This document shows positions 1 through 7,400 of a stretch of 64,000 nt of DNA, in pieces. The position numbers and the translations under genes were made by a program. The notes beneath the pieces are model-generated. The model did not search any database. It was not told the DNA's origin and was given only the letters and a program-made list of their open reading frames with translations. The stretch comes from Patescibacteria group bacterium (GTDB lineage: Bacteria > Patescibacteriota > Patescibacteriia > Buchananbacterales > UBA6539). The stretch covers positions 4,256 through 68,255 of the forward strand of contig JAQTYZ010000002.1 of NCBI GenBank assembly GCA_028688055.1. Direction: 5' to 3'. How positions within the stretch are numbered: the first letter of the stretch is position 1; each line of letters opens with the position of its first letter.

Positions 1-211
1 AGCCGCCGCAATGATTGACCAGCTAGACCAGTTCACCGCCGGTGACTACTATGCCTACGCCGGAGGCTTGTTGGTTCTTGAGGGTCGCACCAAGGAAGCC
101 CTGCATTATTTGAGTCAGGCCGAAAGACGCCTTAACGCGATCAAGGCTCACCCCGACACTGCGCGAGTTTTCAACCTAATTGAGGATCTTCGCAAACGAC
201 TAGGAGGGTAA
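1..211 (+). CDS. C-terminal part of a helical (TPR-like) hypothetical protein, probably truncated by the window edge
   Basis: ORF ends TAA at 209-211; YYAYAGGLLVLEGRTKEALHYLSQA resembles a TPR helix pair; GC-richer than the following DNA. Confidence 0.5.
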   Translation, partial: AAAMIDQLDQFTAGDYYAYAGGLLVLEGRTKEALHYLSQAERRLNAIKAHPDTARVFNLIEDLRKRLGG

Positions 212-236
212 CGATACAACCTCGAAACCCTTAGCA

Positions 237-284
237 GAGATGCCGAAACCACCGCCATGGCGGGGCAAGCAAGTTCGGCATGAC
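237..284. repeat. REP-like palindrome GAGATGCCGAAAC..AAGTTCGGCATGAC with a second palindrome (CCGCCATGGCGG) in its loop
   Basis: ATGCCGAA 240-247 pairs with TTCGGCAT 274-281; CCGCC-AT-GGCGG at 252-263. Confidence 0.6.
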
Positions 285-292
285 AGATAAAC

Positions 293-320
293 GGAGACGT
301 CAACGACGTCTTCTTTTTTT
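293..320 (+). terminator. Intrinsic terminator
   Basis: AGACGTC-aac-GACGTCT stem followed by a T7 run. Confidence 0.75.
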
Positions 321-350
321 GTTTAATTTAGATAAATAGTATATATTGTA

Positions 351-442
351 TAAGACATAAGAGGACATTAATAGCTATTTACAGGACTCTTGAGATATCC
401 ACTTGACTTAACTAGACAAAACCCCTAGAATTTAAGTATAAT
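351..442 (+). promoter_or_regulatory. Sigma70 promoter(s) overlapped by helically phased GAC(A/T) repeats
   Basis: TTGACT 403-408, 17 bp, TAGAAT 426-431; second TAGACA 413-418, 18 bp, TATAAT 437-442; GAC[AT] at 354, 364, 385, 405, 415. Confidence 0.65.
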
Positions 443-477
443 TTATGGCTTAAACGACTTAATAAAAGCCAATAATA

Positions 478-672
478 ATGGCAGATTACAAGCTGCTCAC
501 AATGGAAGAGGTAGCCAGAGTCTTAGGAGTTTCTCTTAAGACTGTTTATCGTTGGATTGATGCTGGCGAATTGCCGGTAAGTCTAATCGGGGAGAGGACT
601 TACCGGATTTTTGAGCGTGACTTGATTAAGTTTGTTTATTCGCGCCAAATTAAGAAAAAAAAGCCAAAATAA
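478..672 (+). CDS. Excisionase/BldC-like MerR-fold DNA-binding protein (HTH_17 type)
   Basis: LLTMEEVARVLGVSLKTVYRWIDAGELP..YRI is the HTH_17/Xis signature. Confidence 0.9.
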   Translation: MADYKLLTMEEVARVLGVSLKTVYRWIDAGELPVSLIGERTYRIFERDLIKFVYSRQIKKKKPK

Positions 673-776
673 GCGACAAAACAAAGGTCGAAAAAAAACG
701 AGAAAACCAAAAATAAATTGAGGAGGAAAAAATGACAAAAAGTTTTAACAAAATCAGAAATATTAGCCAAAAAGCC

Positions 777-835
777 TTGACTTTTTCGCTAAATTATGCT
801 ATCCTGATACTAGGGTATATCGGTATAGTGGTATA
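777..835 (+). promoter_or_regulatory. Sigma70 promoter followed by three GGTATA direct repeats
   Basis: TTGACT 777-782, 17 bp, TG-c-TATCCT 797-805; GGTATA at 814, 822, 830. Confidence 0.6.
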
Positions 836-837
836 CC

Positions 838-1031
838 TTGACGGTCTGAAGTCAGCTGCCAAATTAGGCAAACTGACCCGTCAAAACAAAAAGCAAAACA
901 AAATTACTTATCAGCTACTCGCCGGACAAGCTTTGTCTGGAGCTAGCGTGCTCAAAGCCGCTAATTTAGCTGACCAATTCAATAGTAATCTACCTTTATT
1001 TACGTTTTGCTTTTTGTCAAAACGTTTTTTT
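838..1031 (+). ncRNA. Candidate structured cis-regulatory leader RNA with terminator/antiterminator alternatives
   Basis: Hairpin 838-884; nested pairings 886-899/1004-1017 (14 bp perfect), 903-908/984-989, 911-917/967-973, 922-929/933-940, 944-948/959-963; terminator stem 1002-1009/1018-1025 plus T run. Confidence 0.5.
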
Positions 1032-1077
1032 ATTAAAAGGTCGAAAACTAAAAAACAAAAAATAAAAATCAACAGCA

Positions 1078-1332
1078 ATGATAGCAGGCTACTATCGATT
1101 AAAAGACATTTTGCAGCAAATCGATCGCAACAAAACGACGTTAATTCGCTGGGAAGAAGCGGGCTTAATTCCCAAGGCTTTGCGCGACAGTCGTGGCTGG
1201 CGTTGTTATTCCAAAGAACAAGTCGACGAAATCATTCGACGCGTTCAGGATACCAACTACTTTCACGAAACGGTTGGCGATCAAATAAACTTCGAGGGAC
1301 ACGTGCTGGATTCACATCCGAATCACGCGTAA
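1078..1332 (+). CDS. Small MerR-family DNA-binding protein (no effector domain)
   Basis: [40 protein letters not shown] is the MerR winged-helix motif. Confidence 0.85.
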   Translation: MIAGYYRLKDILQQIDRNKTTLIRWEEAGLIPKALRDSRGWRCYSKEQVDEIIRRVQDTNYFHETVGDQINFEGHVLDSHPNHA

Positions 1333-1497
1333 AGTCTTTGAAGTTTTTATTAATTGCAACTGCAAAATATGACTTGGTCGAAACCAAACAAAAGTTTAGT
1401 TATTGGTTAGGAAATATTTCTAGCCGATTTTCTGTTTTTACTCGACCACTGTCATTAGACAAGGGTGAAATTAATATTCAAACGGATTAATTAAAAA

Positions 1498-4400
1498 ATG
1501 AACTGGCTGCAAACCAAAATCTATCAAGCCGCCAAGGTAACAATGTTAACCAGCGTGTTAGCGTTGGTCGCTTTTGGTTTGCAATTAGCAAAATTTGAAC
1601 CAACAATTGCCGCCACCGGCATCAACCAACAATTAAACTACCAAGGTAAGTTGATGACGGTCAGTGGCGTGCAAGTTGCTAATACTAACTACAACTTCCG
1701 GTTCCGCATCTATAATGCTTCTTCCGGTGGTACGGTCTTGTGGACGGAACGGTGGACGGCCACTTCCACTCAGATTACCACGGTCAACGGAGTGTTCTCC
1801 GCTGCCCTTGGTTCGATTAATGCCTTGAGCAATGGTTCAATTGATTGGAACTCAGACAGTTTGTACCTCCAAGTTGATTTAGACGCTGACAATAATGGGT
1901 CCTGGGAAGAAAGCTTTGCTACTCGCAAACGTTTAACCTCCACACCGTATGCGTTCAACGCTAACCAAGTTAACGGCTTTAGCGCGACTTCCACCGCGGC
2001 GGTGGCCAACAATATTCCAGTCTTTGATTCTAACCTAACCTTGAACTTGTTTAATGGGGGAGTCAGTACTACGCGCGCCACCACCACCGCTTTATACTTC
2101 GTACCCCAAACCACGGCCCCTGACAGTCAAACCGGGAAACTCTACTTTGACTCAGGCAGTAACTACTTCAAATTCTACAATGGTCTCACTTGGGCTAGTT
2201 TAGGTGGTGGTGGAGCCGCTTGGGAATTATTCAACACTGACTCTGCTTTTATTACTCCCACCTCGTCCAAACCAATTTATGTCCCTGGTGCCTCACGGCT
2301 GGAAATGATTAATGCATCGACGACGAATGTTGATACCTTAACCGTCTATGGTAATAGTATCTACAACGGATTATCAACCTTCACTGATTTACGTACCACC
2401 AACCTTAATGCCTCAACGACGGCTAACTTCAATAATCTATTTATCTACGGTCTGGGCGATTTCACCGACCTGCGTTCAACCAACTTAAACGCTTCGGGCA
2501 CTCCGACCTTCGCCAATATTATTAACTACGGTACCTATACGGGCAACGGTGGTTTATCAATCTTCTCTGATCTGCGTCCGTCAATGTTGAATGCGTCGAC
2601 GACGAATGTTGACACCTTACGAGTTTACAATTCTCTCACCGTGCCTGACAGCAGTATCGCCTGGTCAAAATTAACTGGCATACCAACGTCAACCACTGAC
2701 CAATTGCCGGAAGGCGCGACTAACAAATATTACGCTAACTCTCTCGCTCGAGCCGCGCTATCAGCTTCCAGCCCAATTAGCTATGACTCGGGTACGGGAG
2801 CATTTAGTTTCCTCTATAACACAACAAATAATTGGACAGGGTTAAATACTTTCACCGACCTGCGTTCAACCAACTTAAACGCTTCGGGCACTCCGACCTT
2901 CGCCAATATTATTAACTACGGTACCTATACGGGCAACGGTGGTTTATCAATCTTCTCTGATCTGCGTCCGTCAATGTTGAATGCGTCGACGACGAATGTT
3001 GACACCTTACGAGTTTACAATTCTCTCACCGTGCCTGACAGCAGTATCGCCTGGTCAAAATTAACTGGCATACCAACGTCAACCACTGACCAATTGCCGG
3101 AAGGCGCGACTAACAAATATTACGCTAACTCTCTCGCTCGAGCCGCGCTATCAGCTTCCAGCCCAATTAGCTATGACTCGGGTACGGGAGCATTTAGTTT
3201 CCTCTATAACACAACAAATAATTGGACAGGGTTAAATACTTTCACCGACCTGCGTTCAACCAACTTAAACGCTTCGGGCACTCCGACCTTCGCCAATATT
3301 ATTAACTACGGTACCTATACGGGCAACGGTGGTTTATCAATCTTCTCTGATCTGCGACTCGCAAACGGATTAAATGCCTCTTCAACCGCTAACTTCTTAA
3401 ATGTGACATCCTTTGGCACGGTATCATCAACCGTTGCGCTAAACACCCAAGGCACCGGTCATTTTGGTAATAACGTAACCATTGACGGCAAGGTTGGCAT
3501 CGGCGCGACATCTCCACTTGCTAACTTAGAAATATATGACGGAACCGCGAGTAATATTTTAGGATTAGCAGTGAGAAGTAGCGGTATTGCTTGGACAAGC
3601 ACTCAACTACATCTTGGTCTTTATGACGAACGAGCATTAGCCGCAGATACGGGTCCAGCCATTGGATTTATCGCTCGCTATACGGCTAGCGCCTACACTC
3701 ATATGGCGGCGATAAAAATGGGCAAAGACAATGCGACGAGCGGAGAATATGGTGGCTATCTTTCGTTTATGACCAGAGCTAATGGTGTAGGAGAAGCAGA
3801 AAGAATGAGAATAACCAGCGCCGGTAATATCGGCATTAACAACACCGCGCCTGACGCTAAGTTGCACGTGACCGGTGATGCCAAAATAACGGGCAATGCC
3901 TCGACCACTGGTTGGTTTAATATTGGTACAACCAATCCGTTGGCAACCCTTGGCACATTGATCGGTGCCGGTGATTTATTTGTCGGACGAAATGCTACTA
4001 TCACCAACAACTTAACGGTTGATGGCACTACGTTGGTAGTTCAGGCTGATACTAATCGTGTCGGGATTGGAACGGCGAGTCCTTATGCCACTTTAGATGT
4101 CCAAGATACAATCCGTGCCACTAGGGCCGGTTATGATAATTTACAATATATTCAAATGACAGGAGATGGAGCTGGGAATTATCTAGTTGCTAATTCACAA
4201 GCAACTAATGATAAAGTTTTCTATATTGATGCTAAAAGCAATACAAATCCGGCCGGGGCAAATAATCAAATTCAGTTTCGAAATGGTTATACTCTATCGA
4301 CTAAAATGACTATTGATTCTTCTGGCAATGTCGGTATCAACAATACCGCCCCCGACGCCAAACTTCACGTCACTGGTGATGCCAAAATAACAGGTAATGC

Positions 4401-7400
4401 CTCAACTACCGGCTGGTTTAATATTGGTACAACTAATCCGTTGACAACCCTTGGTGCGCTCATTGGTGCTGGTGATTTGTTTGTTGGACGTAATGCCACT
4501 GTCACCAGTAACTTAACGGTTGACGGCACTACCTTGGTGGTTCAGGCCGATACCAATTATGTCGGTATTGACACAGCGAGTCCATTATCAAAACTTCATA
4601 TTAACAATGGGGCTAGTGGCAATATTTTATCTGTTGAAAGTAATGCCAGTGCCATTGATGAATATGCTGGATTAACACTGGCCAGTAAGGACTCAGGTGG
4701 GGCGTTATGGTATGGATCAGAAATTAGAAATATTAATACCGCTGGAAACCCTAGTTTTCTAAACCCAAGATTAGGTTTTTTCACTCAAGATTACTCCACT
4801 TATCTCCCGGCCAATCGAACAGAAAAAATGTCTATTCTAGGAAATGGTAATGTTGGGATTGGGACGGTGAGTCCAGGTAATAAACTGCAAGTTGTTGGAG
4901 CGATGGACGCAACTTATCCGGATTTGGTCGGACAAATAAATATTTCTTCAAATGATTCAGCGGCAATCAATAAAGGTGGCGTTTTGTCATTCGGCGGTAA
5001 CTATACCGGGACAACCAACACATCTTGGGCTACAATCTATGGTCGCAAAGAAAACTCGACGGCAGGCGATTATGCTGGCTATTTAGGCTTTGTAACAAGA
5101 GCGGTGGGAAATACCGGAACAGAAAAAATGAGAATAACCAGTGCAGGTGCTGTCGGTATCGGCAACACCGCCCCCGACGCCAAACTTCACGTCACTGGTG
5201 ATGCCAAAATAACGGGCAATGCCTCGACCACTGGTTGGTTTAATATTGGTACAACCAATCCGTTGGCAACCCTTGGCACATTGATCGGTGCCGGTGATTT
5301 ATTTGTCGGACGAAACGCGACGGTGACGAATAGTTTTATTGTTGACGCCGGAACTTTGTTTGTTGATTCTGGTAATAACTATGTCGGCATCGGGACGACG
5401 GCACCAGATGCAGGATTAACCGTAAACGGTTCAATCGATAGTATTTTACCATCAACCAACCGTCATTATTATAACGTTGCCGATTATAACTATACCGCCG
5501 GGGCGATTGTCGGGACAACAATCATTACGCTCCCTAAATACGGATCGTCCACGATGTTGCAAATCAAAATCAGCGGTTATGACTATAGCAGTGGTCGTGG
5601 CGCCTGGGAAATTATCATTGGTGGTTATAATTATTCCACCCACGACTGGTATAACACCAGCGTTGAATATAAAGGCACACCGCCGTTTACTCAAGTCCGC
5701 TTAGCAAATAATGGTACGAATGATTTAATTTTATTAGGAACAACGGCAACCAGTTGGGCCTACCCAAAAGTGGTGGTTACTGATGTTATGACGGGGCATA
5801 GCAATCTTAATAATTGGGGGACGGGCTGGTCAATCACAAACACAGCAACTGAACCTACTCTATTTAATGTCACCACTCTGACACCTAAAATGTTTATTGA
5901 TACTGCCGGCAAGGTTGGTATTGGCAATACCGCTCCCGCCTCATTATTAACCCTCGGGACGGCCGGCACGACGGCTGGCTCATTATCGTTAGCTGGTGCC
6001 ACTTCTGGTGTTATCACTCTTGCAACGGCGGCTGCGGCTGGGACGTACACGTTAACGCTGCCAACATCGGCCGGTAGTTTAAACCAGGTGTTAACTACCA
6101 ACGGCAGTGGGACGCTCTCGTGGTCAACAGGCCCCAGTACCCAGGCCTGGCAAAAGTACACCGGACTGGCATACCCAACGGATATTATCACGCCGACCAC
6201 TACCAATGCTTCAATTTTTATTTCAGGCAACGCGACGACCACCGGCAACATCACCATTACCCAGGCCGCCAACCCGGCCGGCAACCTGGCTTTCTCAGCT
6301 GCTAATCCTGTTATCAAAGCTTCCAGCTATATCACTGTCCCTGGCGGTATGTATGTCAGTGGTGGCACGCTTTATGCCCAAAACTCACTCAAAGCAAGGG
6401 GCGGTATCGCCGATGACCAGAACACCTACCTAACGCTGGCCGGCGGCACCAGCGGCTATTCTTATTTTTCCGGTAACGTCGGCATTGGCCAGACCGCGCC
6501 AGCAGCTTGGTTGGAAATTAACGGCGGCGCCACGACTAATGACTTGTTTAAAATTGCGACTACCAGCAATTCGGCAATTGTTTTTGTGGACAAAAGCGGT
6601 AATTTTGGCATTGGTACCACCACCTTCTTTAATAGCCCGGAAAACGGCAATCCCAAACTTGTTGTTGATGGTGGCTTAACCGGCGATGGCGGTATAATGT
6701 TGAACAGTGCTCAAGGTCGTTCAGCATATTTAGAATTTGCTAATGGTGCTAAAAGTGAATGGTATATATCCTCAAGAAATACTTTGATGGCGGGCGACAA
6801 TCATCAATTAAATTTTGATACTTACGTTAATGGTGGTCCAACAAACGTTTTGAGCTTAATGCAGTCGGGCAACATCGGCTTTGGTACGACCTCCCCGATT
6901 TATAATACCGTCACTCACCTTTCGAGTAGCGCCGCTAATCCGAATGATCGCCGAGCCAACTGGACCCGTGTTGACCTGTCTGGCAGCATTAGTAGTAATA
7001 TCTCTAATTACGGCCAATACATTTATCTATCAAATACCGGAGGAGCAACCGGAGGATTAATTGCAAATTCTTATTATGGGGGCAAATCAGAAGTAATCAA
7101 TTCTGGGGCAACAACGCCAACTGATGCGTCTTGGGGTCCAGCTCTAGCCAACTACGGCTATTATGGTCACGCCCAGTCGACCGGAACGGCCAATGCCGGC
7201 AGTGGTGGTAGCAATAACCGCTCGAACTATGGTGTCTATGGTCTTGCCGACGGCAATACCAATGGTTCAACCAGTAACTACGGCGTTTACGGTGATGCTT
7301 CTACAGGTGACCTAAATTATGGCGTTTATGCCCGGACCTGGGGCGCGGCTGGTCAAACCGGCTATGGTCTTTACGCAATGGACAACGCCAGCGCCGGTAC

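Noticed and set aside
838-884. c-di-GMP-I riboswitch, suggested by GGCAAAC
   Set aside because: The GAAA-tetraloop P2, GACGCAAAG and second-stem consensus are absent.
2460-5400. CRISPR array or DGR template/variable repeats
   Set aside because: The repeats are long, in frame and coding; differences are not adenine-specific; no cas or reverse transcriptase gene is in the window.
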